Shown piece after piece: positions 25,601 through 33,034 of a stretch of 43,463 bases of DNA (its first letter is position 1; the number at the start of each line of letters is the position of its first letter). The DNA is from Anaerolineae bacterium (lineage in GTDB: Bacteria > Chloroflexota > Anaerolineae > B4-G1 > DUEL01), in NCBI GenBank assembly GCA_041082215.1, contig JBDOIF010000043.1, positions 1 through 43,463 of the forward strand, in the 5' to 3' direction. The position numbers and the translations under genes are program-made. The notes beneath the pieces were generated by a model. The model searched no databases. It saw only the letters and a list, made by a program, of their open reading frames with translations, and was not told where the DNA came from.

Positions 25601-26557
25601 GCCCCCTTCCAGGGGAATGTGGGCCGCATTGAATACCGGGTGGCGCGGGGCGATGTCGAGATTCTGGCCCTCTACGACGCCGATCAGGCGGACGCGGTCG
25701 AGGCAAGCCTGGGGGATATCGAACGGCTTCGTCAGCGGTACGGCGAGCAGTTGGTCGTAGCCCCCCAGTTCTTTGTCCGCTACCTGGGGTTCCGCTGCGA
25801 CCGCCCTCCTTTCGACGACGTGCGGCTGCGCCGCGCCTTTGCCCAGGCGGTGGACCGGGAGGCGATGGACCGGCTCAACGAGCGGCTGGGCCACCTTCCG
25901 GCGATGGGGGGCTTTGTGCCGCCGGGAATGCCCGGCCATTCGCCCGACATCCGTCTTGGCTACGACCCCGATGGGGCCAGAAGGCTGATGACAGAGGTGG
26001 GGTATCCCCATGGTGAGGGCTTCCCCCCGGTTCAACTGCTGGTGGGCCTTCGGGCCGACGCCCAGGCGATGGCGACGCTCCTTTCCGAGTCCTGGCGGGA
26101 TGTGCTGGGGGTATCGGTGGAGGTCCAGACATGCCCGGCGGACGAGTTTTTCCGGCGGCTGACCGATCCCCCCGCCCTGTTCATCCTGGCCTGGACGGTG
26201 GACTTCGCCGAACCTCGCCTCTTCCTCGACCTGCCCTTCCACAGCTCCAGCTCGGTCAACCGTGCCCGCTGGCACAGCGCTGAGTACGACCGGCTGGTCG
26301 AAGAGGCGGCCAGGGTGGCCGATCCGGACCGCCGGATGGAGATGTACCACCAGGCCGACTCCCTGCTGGTCGCTCAGGAAGTGGTCGTCCTGCCCCTGAG
26401 CTATGGGCAACGGGTGATGCTGGTCAAGCCGTGGGTCCGCAATTTCCCTGCATCCTGCTATATCGTTGCCCGGTACAGGGATGTGATCGTTGAGAGAGGA
26501 GAAAGCAGCCCCGAGGCGTCCCCTTGTTCTCAGCCGGCCCTCAGCGAGCGGAGGTAG
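22679..26557 (+). CDS. Double zinc ribbon + class III nucleotide cyclase + STAND AAA ATPase + TPR + family 5 solute-binding (OppA-like) fusion
   Basis: CxxC x4; FADMAGFT, DKYIGDG; GEAGIGKS, LVLEDLHW, GNPLF, FRH; helical repeats; C-terminal LDP, WSDGQPVTAHDF, NGPF, PFDDVRLRRAF, PPGMPG. Confidence 0.88.
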   Translation: MQCPSCGGENPPDFVFCGHCGAPLPRRCPHCGFENPQGFSFCGRCGADLLITSALAPQRALEGERRFAVILFADMAGFTRMSEQLDPEEVTSLINLCLDEMTDAVLRHGGRVDKYIGDGLMAVFGVPTAHEDDPERALRAALMMRERVKELHLGLEIPSISLHIGLACGEVVAAGVGGKGYREYTVIGTSVSLAARLEEASAPGQILVSEDMARLTERAFVFRPRQLGYLPGLTGEVRAFELLRARPRAEQSRHPKEFRSPLVGRDAEFALLWRSLEGVAAGRGGVLSIIGEAGIGKSRLIQEVKAQVEAKSPNLVWLEGHPLEHGEPVRYGCYRALLREAIRISGINLSLPPEELLLSFLEDLLPGRATDIYPYLAQMMDFPLAPTMKERLTRLDGESLKWQTFRVLVECFSALASRKPLVLVLEDLHWIDPTSAELLRRMLALVTQLPLLIVAAYRPDPGRPSWRLRELAGREYADVYTELWLHPLTTAAIEQMVYYLLGAERVSRQALEFVCTRSEGNPLFTEEIVRSLVDRGYLVERERGCWDLLRVDAANAIPDTVQGILQTRIDSLGEETKRVLQMAACWGRQFSRSILEAVVPLMGVPPDALDLHLKRLEEAGFIEEREGPSGAEYAFRHVLMQEAVRGGLLRERRWAIHLQLAQALERLYAGSLADRYGVLAYHYAQAQQVDRALEYYLKAGDWARANHALEDALRYYEQALTYLKERPDPVRMAKTLMKIALIGLNKFDFQAASEWYEEGFRFWSPPTRSQESAGKEVLRLAIPSWPVLDPAQASDAYSHNVLAQLFEGLGQYEIEEINVLPAAAERWEVGGYGHRYLFFLRRDGCWSDGQPVTAHDFVLAVRRILDPATRSPVAPVLRDIAGARAFASGETTDPSRLGVRALDDWTLEVTLEQPVCSFASLLPFRVFFPVPASLFESYGDGWARLDRIVSNGPFSVREWEEGRLLVLERNPYYPAPFQGNVGRIEYRVARGDVEILALYDADQADAVEASLGDIERLRQRYGEQLVVAPQFFVRYLGFRCDRPPFDDVRLRRAFAQAVDREAMDRLNERLGHLPAMGGFVPPGMPGHSPDIRLGYDPDGARRLMTEVGYPHGEGFPPVQLLVGLRADAQAMATLLSESWRDVLGVSVEVQTCPADEFFRRLTDPPALFILAWTVDFAEPRLFLDLPFHSSSSVNRARWHSAEYDRLVEEAARVADPDRRMEMYHQADSLLVAQEVVVLPLSYGQRVMLVKPWVRNFPASCYIVARYRDVIVERGESSPEASPCSQPALSERR

Positions 26558-28262
26558 AGCGATCCCCCGGTCTGTGCTACGTACCTGGCTCCTTGTTCCC
26601 CTCCTCCTGCTGGCGACCGCCTTCCGGCTGAGCGGCCCGGCCTGGGATGGAGGGATCGGCGCCCACCCGGATGAACGGTATCTGGTGGGGGTCGCGGAGG
26701 GGCTGCGCTGGCCGGACCGGCTCGATCCCTTCGTGTTGGCCCCCGACTTCCCCTACGGCCATCTCCCCCTGTACCTCGTGGCGCTCCTGGGCGGGGGGGA
26801 CCGGCTGCTGGCGGCCCGCCTGCTGGGCGGCCTTTTCGACGTGGGGACGGTGGCGCTGGCAGCGGCGCTGGGGCGGAGGGTCGGAGGGAGGAAAGCAGGG
26901 GTGCTGGCAGCCGTCTTCCTGACGGTGATGCCCTTCCTTGTCCAGCAGGCCCACTTTGCCACCGCCGATCCCTTCCTGGCCTTTTTCACCACCGGCGCGC
27001 TGCTCTTCGCCGCCCGGCTGGCGGATGGCGGAAGGCGGCGGGACGGAGTGCTGGCCGGGCTGTGGGCGGGATGGGCGGTGGGGTGTAAGGCCGGAGGACT
27101 GCTCCTGGCGCTCCCCCTGCTCGCCGCCTGTGCGGCGGGGCCAGGGCCGACAAGGGTGCGGGCCGGACAGGGGGCGGTTGTGGCCGGGGCCGCGATGGCT
27201 GGTTTTGCCCTCACCAACCCGTTTGCCCTGCTCGACTTCCCCCGCTTCTTCGCTGGCGTTGCTGCTCAGACGGCGATGGCCCGGGGGGCTGCCGGGGTTC
27301 CTTACACCCTCCAGTACCACGGGACGCTTCCTTACCTCTACCCTATCCTTCAGCAACTGGTTTGGGGGATGGGGCCAGTGCTGGGCGGGCTTTGCTTCGG
27401 CGGCCTGGGAGCTGCTCTGTGGCAGGCGGCGAGGCGTCCGCCGACCCCGGCAGCGTGGGTGGGGTTGAGCTGGGCGCTCCCCTTCTTCGCGTTCACCGGC
27501 GGATTGTACGTCAAGTTCCCCCGCTATCTGCTCCCACTGACCCCGCTCCTGGCGGCCTACGGGGCACGGCTGCTGCTGGCCTGTCCGGGTCGGTTGCTGA
27601 AAGGGGTCCTGGCGATGCTGGCCGTCCTCCCCGCCGGCCTCCTCTCGCTGGCGCTCGTCCTCTCCTACCGGCAGCCGCATCCCTGGGTGGCGGCCTCCGC
27701 CTGGCTGCGGGAACACCTGCCGCCGGGGTCGGTGATCGCGGTGGAGGCGTGGGATCACCCCCTGCCGCTGGATTCGACCGGGTATGTGCTGGAGGAGCTG
27801 CCCCTGTTTGACGAGGAGACGGAGGCAAAGTGGGACCGGATCGAGGGGGTGCTGGCGGAGGCGGACGTGGTGGTGGTGGCCAGCCGGCGGGGGTACGGTG
27901 CGCTGGCGGGATGGCCGGAGCGGTTCCCGGAGACCGCCGACTACTACCGCGACCTCTTCGCCGGACGGCGGGGGTTTGCCGTCGTCGCCTGCTTCGGCCG
28001 CTGGCCCCGGATCGCGGGGCTGGCGCTGGCCGACGACCCTTTCGCCGCGGTAGGGCTGCCCGCACCGGACCTGGTCTGTCGGCCCTCGCCGCCGGTGCTC
28101 CCGCTGCCCCGCCTGGACGAGAGCTTCGTGGTCTACGACCATCCGGTGGTGATCGTCCTGCGAAAAGTGGCTGATTTGGGGCTCTCGTGCTATAATTTTC
28201 CTCACGCCGTCTTCTGTTTCAGGTCCCCCCCGTACCTGTGCCCTTGTGGTCAGTGTCCATAG
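26490..28262 (+). CDS. GT-C fold membrane glycosyltransferase (PMT/ArnT, GT39-like)
   Basis: HPDE after TM1, FPYGHLP, HFATAD, K-x-PRYLLPL, DESFVVYDHP; start uncertain (TTG 26490 or GTG 26574). Confidence 0.8.
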   Translation: MREEKAAPRRPLVLSRPSASGGRAIPRSVLRTWLLVPLLLLATAFRLSGPAWDGGIGAHPDERYLVGVAEGLRWPDRLDPFVLAPDFPYGHLPLYLVALLGGGDRLLAARLLGGLFDVGTVALAAALGRRVGGRKAGVLAAVFLTVMPFLVQQAHFATADPFLAFFTTGALLFAARLADGGRRRDGVLAGLWAGWAVGCKAGGLLLALPLLAACAAGPGPTRVRAGQGAVVAGAAMAGFALTNPFALLDFPRFFAGVAAQTAMARGAAGVPYTLQYHGTLPYLYPILQQLVWGMGPVLGGLCFGGLGAALWQAARRPPTPAAWVGLSWALPFFAFTGGLYVKFPRYLLPLTPLLAAYGARLLLACPGRLLKGVLAMLAVLPAGLLSLALVLSYRQPHPWVAASAWLREHLPPGSVIAVEAWDHPLPLDSTGYVLEELPLFDEETEAKWDRIEGVLAEADVVVVASRRGYGALAGWPERFPETADYYRDLFAGRRGFAVVACFGRWPRIAGLALADDPFAAVGLPAPDLVCRPSPPVLPLPRLDESFVVYDHPVVIVLRKVADLGLSCYNFPHAVFCFRSPPYLCPCGQCP

Positions 28263-28276
28263 CGAAGGAGGCGCTG

Positions 28277-28918
28277 ATGAAGGCCCACCGCCCGCTGATC
28301 TTTCTGGTCCTGCTCCTGCTCCTTCCCCCTGGCTGCCAGGGAGGGAGCAGCGAAGGGCCATTCTTCCGGGACCGATTCGGCGATCCCCACAGCGGCTGGG
28401 GTAGCGAGAGCCGGGAGGCGTTCGATCGGGGCTATGAAGAAGGGGAGTACTTCATCGAGGTGTATGAGCCGAACTGGTTTGCCTGGGCAACCCCCGGCCG
28501 GCGCTTCGACGATGTGGTCGTCGAGGTGGATGCGCGGCAGCTCTCCGGCTCACCGACGGGCCACTTTGGCCTCCTCTGCCGCTACCGCTCATCTCGCGAT
28601 TTCTACTACTTCGCCATTACCGGCGACGGCTACTATGCTATCCTCCGGGTGCAGGATGGAAAGCAGAAGGTGCTGACCGGAGCCGGGTTTCTGCCCACCC
28701 AGGCCGTCCGGACCGGAGGGGAGGCCAACCGCATCCGCGCTATCTGCCAGGGGGATCGCCTCACCCTCGTGGTCAACGGGCAGGAGCTGGGTACGGCGAC
28801 GGACGACACCTTCTCCCGGGGAGACGTGGGCCTGGGGGTGGGGTCCGGTCCGGACGGCGGCATCCGGGTCCACTTCGACAACCTGGTGGTGACGCGGCCG
28901 GAAGGGGGTGAGGAATGA
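28277..28918 (+). CDS. Putative lipoprotein with beta-jelly-roll (DUF1080/LamG-like) domain
   Basis: AAGGAGG RBS, signal peptide with PPGC, GLLCR, FYYFAI-x-GDG, L-x-VNG, GDVGL, VHFDNL. Confidence 0.75.
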   Translation: MKAHRPLIFLVLLLLLPPGCQGGSSEGPFFRDRFGDPHSGWGSESREAFDRGYEEGEYFIEVYEPNWFAWATPGRRFDDVVVEVDARQLSGSPTGHFGLLCRYRSSRDFYYFAITGDGYYAILRVQDGKQKVLTGAGFLPTQAVRTGGEANRIRAICQGDRLTLVVNGQELGTATDDTFSRGDVGLGVGSGPDGGIRVHFDNLVVTRPEGGEE

Positions 28919-29541
28919 GAAAGGGGTGGCTGTTGATGGCGGGGGCGGCCTTGTTGCTGGCCGCCTGTGGAGGTGGAGGGGAGGGGCAGGGCGGCGGAGG
29001 GCTGCCGTGGACCGACGATTTCTCCACCCCCGGTAGCTGGCTGGCCGAGTCGGATGCCACCGCCCAGGTGGAGGTGCAGGACGGCGTGATGCGGATCTAT
29101 GTCGCTGTGCCGGACCAGCTGGCGTGGACGGTGGCAGGGCGGGACCTGGGGGATTTCCACCTCGCCGTTGAGGCCACCCAGGTCGCCGGCCCCGACGACA
29201 ACGAGTACGGCCTGCTGGTACGGGTGCAGGACCACAGCAATTTCTACCGGTTCTCCATCAGCGGCGACGGCTATTTCCTGGTCAGCAAGTTCGTTGCGGG
29301 GCAGCAGGAGCTTCTGGGGCTTAACTGGACCCCCTCGGAGGCAATCCGGCAGGGGCAGGCGACCAACCTGCTGGAGGTGATCTGCCAGGGCAGTACGCTG
29401 ACCTTCATCGTCAACGGGCAGCAACTGGCCCGGGTGGAAGACACCCAGTTCCCCCACGGCGACATCGGCCTCTACGCCGGGAGCTTCTACGAAGGGGGCG
29501 TGGAGGTCCACTTCGACAACCTGAAGGTGACAGAGCCGTAG
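28915..29541 (+). CDS. Lipoprotein, paralog of the preceding gene
   Basis: LAAC lipobox; GLLVR, FYRFSI-x-GDG, VNG, GDIGL, VHFDNL. Confidence 0.8.
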   Translation: MRKGWLLMAGAALLLAACGGGGEGQGGGGLPWTDDFSTPGSWLAESDATAQVEVQDGVMRIYVAVPDQLAWTVAGRDLGDFHLAVEATQVAGPDDNEYGLLVRVQDHSNFYRFSISGDGYFLVSKFVAGQQELLGLNWTPSEAIRQGQATNLLEVICQGSTLTFIVNGQQLARVEDTQFPHGDIGLYAGSFYEGGVEVHFDNLKVTEP

Positions 29542-29547
29542 ACAGAT

Positions 29548-30249
29548 ATGGACGAACTGCATCCGCGTCGCCCAAGCCGACTTACTGAACAGGCTGTGGC
29601 TTGCCTGGAAGCGTTAGCCCGGCGTGGACTGGGGCGGAAAATTTCGATCGGCGGAGCCGTGGGCTTGTCGCATTACTGCGACTATCGTTCCACTCACGAT
29701 GTGGATGCGTGGTGGACACTGGAGGCAAGCGAGGAAGATCGGCGACGGGTTGTTGAGGTGATTCAGGAAACACTGCAGTCTTTCGGCACAGTTCGGGTGC
29801 GAGCATGGGGAGATATGGTCAGTGTGGAGCTCCTGCAGGAGGGGCAGACGGTTTTCAGCTTTCAGGTCGCCAGACGGTCGGCCCAGTTGGAGCCCTCGCG
29901 TCCTGCCCCTTGGGTTGATGTGCTGCTGGATAGCCTGGAGGACGTGGTAGCCAGCAAGATGGTCGCTCTGGTCGAACGAGGTGCCCCTCGTGACTTCCTG
30001 GATATCTATACATTGTGTCAGGCCAATGTGATGACTCCAGCTCAGTGCTGGACCTTGTGGCGGGAGAAAGAGCACCGTGCTGGCGGCGATGTGGACACAG
30101 CCCGTGCCCGCCTGGCGGTGCAGACCCATCTGGCTCGTATCGCCGTGCATAGGCCGCTCGAACGGATCGCTGACCCGGAGGAGCGGGAGAGGGCCAGGCG
30201 GGTTCGTGAGTGGTTCGCAGGGGAGTTTCTGGATGCCCTTTCGAATTGA
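29548..30249 (+). CDS. AbiEii/MenT-like nucleotidyltransferase (type IV TA toxin family)
   Basis: IGGAVGL...YRSTHDVD and SKMVALVERGAPRDFLDIY motifs; visibly more A/T-ending codons than neighbouring genes. Confidence 0.8.
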   Translation: MDELHPRRPSRLTEQAVACLEALARRGLGRKISIGGAVGLSHYCDYRSTHDVDAWWTLEASEEDRRRVVEVIQETLQSFGTVRVRAWGDMVSVELLQEGQTVFSFQVARRSAQLEPSRPAPWVDVLLDSLEDVVASKMVALVERGAPRDFLDIYTLCQANVMTPAQCWTLWREKEHRAGGDVDTARARLAVQTHLARIAVHRPLERIADPEERERARRVREWFAGEFLDALSN

Positions 30250-30538
30250 CGGGGTGCTGTACCCGGATAGAGAACCACCACAACAAGTGGACACCCTGGT
30301 CGAACGGGTGGATTTTCTGGCGCGACTATGTGCCGCATGGGACTTCGGCATCCTGCCCGACCCGGAAGTGGTGAAGGAGATCCGCTGCCCTCATTGGCGG
30401 GAGGCGGTGGATGCATGCCGCTTCCTCACTTCACCGACCTACCATCTTCTCCGTGCCTGGCACGGCCTGGAGCCTCTCCCCTACCTGGGCACACGGCTGG
30501 CCTACATCGCGGACGATCCTTGCCTGCAATGGATATGA
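30233..30538 (+). CDS. Hypothetical 101-aa protein coupled to the nucleotidyltransferase
   Basis: GGGGAG RBS before ATG 30233, overlaps the upstream stop, and its TGA overlaps the mtaB ATG. Confidence 0.65.
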   Translation: MPFRIDGVLYPDREPPQQVDTLVERVDFLARLCAAWDFGILPDPEVVKEIRCPHWREAVDACRFLTSPTYHLLRAWHGLEPLPYLGTRLAYIADDPCLQWI

Positions 30539-31806
30539 GTACAACTCGGCGCATTTACCTCCACAGTCTGGGCTGTCGCCTCAACCAGAGCGAGGTGGAG
30601 GAGATGGCTCGCCGCTTTGCCGGGGCGGGGTGGATGGTGGTGACCGACCCCGTCGAAGCGGATGTCTGCCTGGTCAACACCTGCGCTGTCACCGCCGAGG
30701 CGGAGCGGAAGAGCCGCCACAGGCTCCAGGCGCTCCGCCGGGCCAACCCCTCCGCCCGCATCGCCGCCGTCGGCTGTGCGGCTACCCTCAGCCCGGAACG
30801 GCTGGCTGGCCTGGAGGGGGTGGCCTGGGTGGTGCCCAACGAGGAGAAGGAGCGGGTGGTGGGCATTGTGGCCGGCGACCTCCCCCTTACCCCTGCTGGC
30901 GAGGGCGACCGGCAGGTCGCCCATACCGGGCGCACCCGCGCCTTCGTCAAGGTGCAGGATGGGTGCGACAACCACTGCACCTACTGCGTGGTCCGCCTGC
31001 TGCGCGGCCCGGCCCGGAGCCGGCCCCTGGAGAGGGTGATGGGGGAAGTGCAGGAACGGGTTGCGGCGGGGTACAGGGAGGTGGTGCTGACCGGGGTGAA
31101 TCTGGGGGCCTACGGGCGGGACCTGGGGATGGAGCGTGGGCTGGCCCGGCTGATAGAGGCGATCCTGGAACGGACGGTGCTCCCCCGTCTGCGCCTTTCC
31201 TCTCTGGAGCCGTGGGACCTGGACGAACCGTTCTTTGAATTGTGGGCTGATCCCCGGCTCTGCCGTCAGCTCCATCTGCCGCTTCAATCTGGCTGTGACA
31301 GGATACTGCGGCGGATGGGCCGTCGGATCACGACGGGGGAATACGCCCGGCTGGTCGAGGCAGCCCGGTCCGCCATCCCGGACCTGGCCCTGACCACCGA
31401 TGTGATGGTTGGCTTTCCTGGGGAGGATGAGGAGGCTTTTGTTGAGAGCCTGGCTTTTGTCGAGCGGGTGGGCTTTGCCCGGCTGCATGTCTTCTCTTTT
31501 TCCCCCCGGCCGGGGACTCCGGCCGAGCGGATGGGGGGGCAGGTAGGGCCTCAGGTGCAGAAGGAGCGGGCCCGGAGGATGGAGGCGCTGGGCGCCTGCC
31601 TGGCGGAGTCCTTCCGCCGCCGGTTCGTGGGGCGGGAGATGGCGGTGCTCTGGGAGCGGCAGCGGTCGGATGGGCTGTGGCGCGGTCTCACCGACAACTA
31701 CCTGCAGGTGGTCGCCCCTTATCCGACCATGCTGCACAACCGCATCACCCGCACGCGGCTCCTGGAGGTCCGTGATGGCGTGCTGGTAGGGGAGGTGATC
31801 GAGTGA
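30535..31806 (+). CDS. mtaB: tRNA t6A37 methylthiotransferase (MtaB-like)
   Basis: LGCRLNQSE, NTCAVT, KVQDGCDNHCTYC, HLPLQSG, VGFPGE, FSPRPGTPA, C-terminal TRAM-like segment. Confidence 0.85.
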   Translation: MSTTRRIYLHSLGCRLNQSEVEEMARRFAGAGWMVVTDPVEADVCLVNTCAVTAEAERKSRHRLQALRRANPSARIAAVGCAATLSPERLAGLEGVAWVVPNEEKERVVGIVAGDLPLTPAGEGDRQVAHTGRTRAFVKVQDGCDNHCTYCVVRLLRGPARSRPLERVMGEVQERVAAGYREVVLTGVNLGAYGRDLGMERGLARLIEAILERTVLPRLRLSSLEPWDLDEPFFELWADPRLCRQLHLPLQSGCDRILRRMGRRITTGEYARLVEAARSAIPDLALTTDVMVGFPGEDEEAFVESLAFVERVGFARLHVFSFSPRPGTPAERMGGQVGPQVQKERARRMEALGACLAESFRRRFVGREMAVLWERQRSDGLWRGLTDNYLQVVAPYPTMLHNRITRTRLLEVRDGVLVGEVIE

Positions 31807-32144
31807 GCGACTGCGTCTTCTGCCGGATCGTGCAGGGCCAGGCCCCGGCCCGCATCATCTATCAGGATCAGGAGGTGACGGCCTTCTACGACCTGCGGCC
31901 CCAGGCCCCGGTCCACGTCCTCATCGTGCCCAACCGGCACATCGCCGGTGTGGGGGAGGCGGAGCCGGGGGATGAGTCGGTGCTGGGGAAGCTCTTCACC
32001 GTGGCCCGCCGCATGGCGGAGGAGCTGGGGATCACAGAGGGGTACCGGCTGGTGGTCAACAACGGTCCGCTGGCCGGCCAGTCCGTTTACCATCTTCACC
32101 TTCACCTCCTGGGCGGCCGCCCTTTCCGCTGGCCACCAGGCTGA
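31803..32144 (+). CDS. hinT: Histidine triad nucleotide-binding protein
   Basis: DCVFCRI, PQAPVH, GQSVYHLHLHLLGGR. Confidence 0.92.
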   Translation: MSDCVFCRIVQGQAPARIIYQDQEVTAFYDLRPQAPVHVLIVPNRHIAGVGEAEPGDESVLGKLFTVARRMAEELGITEGYRLVVNNGPLAGQSVYHLHLHLLGGRPFRWPPG

Positions 32145-32175
32145 GGCAACACGTTTCACGTTGAGGAGGTGTCCC

Positions 32176-32832
32176 ATGCTGGTTCGCGACCGAATGACCC
32201 CCAATCCGACCACCGTCACACCGGATACGAGCGTGAAGGAGGCGCTGGAGCTTCTGCGCAGCCGCGCCTTCCGCCATCTGCCGGTGGTGGACCGGGAGGG
32301 TCGGCTGGTGGGGATCACCACTGAAAAGAGCCTGGTTTATGCCTCGCCAGCTTCCGATCTCTCGTTGAGCGTCTTCGAGGTGGACTTTCTGCTCTCCCGG
32401 ATGAAGGTGGAGCAGGTGATGACGAGGGAGGTGGTGACCGTCTCGCCCGACCTGCCCATCGAGGAGGCGGCACGGGTGATGATTGACCATCGCATCGGCT
32501 GCCTGCCGGTGGTGGAGGAGGGCAGGCTCATTGGCATTATCAGCGACACCGACATCTTCCGGGTCTTCGTCGAAGGGCTGGGTGGGGGGCATCCCAGCCT
32601 GCGCGTCACGGTGGTCATCCCGGAGCGGGTGGGAAGCCTGGCCCGGGTGGTGGATCGGATCGCCGCGATCGGCGGCAACATCCATTCACTGGGCACCTTC
32701 TGGGGGGAGCGGCCCGAGGACCGGATCATTGCCTTCCGGGTGGAGCGGGTGGATCGGGAGAGGCTGATCCAGGTGCTGAAAGAAGAGGGGATCGAGATTC
32801 GGCACGTGTGGGGGCCGAAGGGAGAGGTCTGA
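32176..32832 (+). CDS. CBS pair + ACT domain protein (AcuB-like)
   Basis: Two CBS repeats (HLPVVD..LVGI; CLPVV..LIGIIS-x-TD) followed by an ACT-like domain; GAGGAGG RBS. Confidence 0.85.
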   Translation: MLVRDRMTPNPTTVTPDTSVKEALELLRSRAFRHLPVVDREGRLVGITTEKSLVYASPASDLSLSVFEVDFLLSRMKVEQVMTREVVTVSPDLPIEEAARVMIDHRIGCLPVVEEGRLIGIISDTDIFRVFVEGLGGGHPSLRVTVVIPERVGSLARVVDRIAAIGGNIHSLGTFWGERPEDRIIAFRVERVDRERLIQVLKEEGIEIRHVWGPKGEV

Positions 32833-32877
32833 CCTCACCCCATCCCCCTCACCCCCTTCCGGGGGGTAGGGGTGAGG
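32833..32877. repeat. Short CCTCACCCC...GGGGTGAGG hairpin (REP-like, possible terminator)
   Basis: Inverted arms immediately after the stop codon; same family as 51-196. Confidence 0.6.
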
Positions 32878-32885
32878 TCGCCAGC

Positions 32886-32913
32886 TTGACATTGGTAGAG
32901 GTTAGGGTATACT
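32886..32913 (+). promoter_or_regulatory. Promoter of the ABC transporter operon
   Basis: TTGACA (32886-32891), 16-bp spacer, TATACT (32908-32913). Confidence 0.75.
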
Positions 32914-33034
32914 TTTCCCCTGAGTTCTGAGGTCGTTTCACGTCTGCAGCGAGAGGAGGTGAGGCGAGGGAAGGAACCAGAGCGATCCCCGGTTGGTTAT
33001 GCCCACGCTAAGTCCAGAGTTAAAAGGAGGAGAG

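Noticed and set aside
30328..30534. Apparent N-terminal extension of MtaB
   Set aside because: Homology starts near ATG 30535, and the region is better explained by the 30233-30538 ORF.
26556..32993. Near-identical AGAGCGATCCCC(C)GGT at ~26556 and ~32979
   Set aside because: Only two short copies in unrelated contexts, so compatible with chance.
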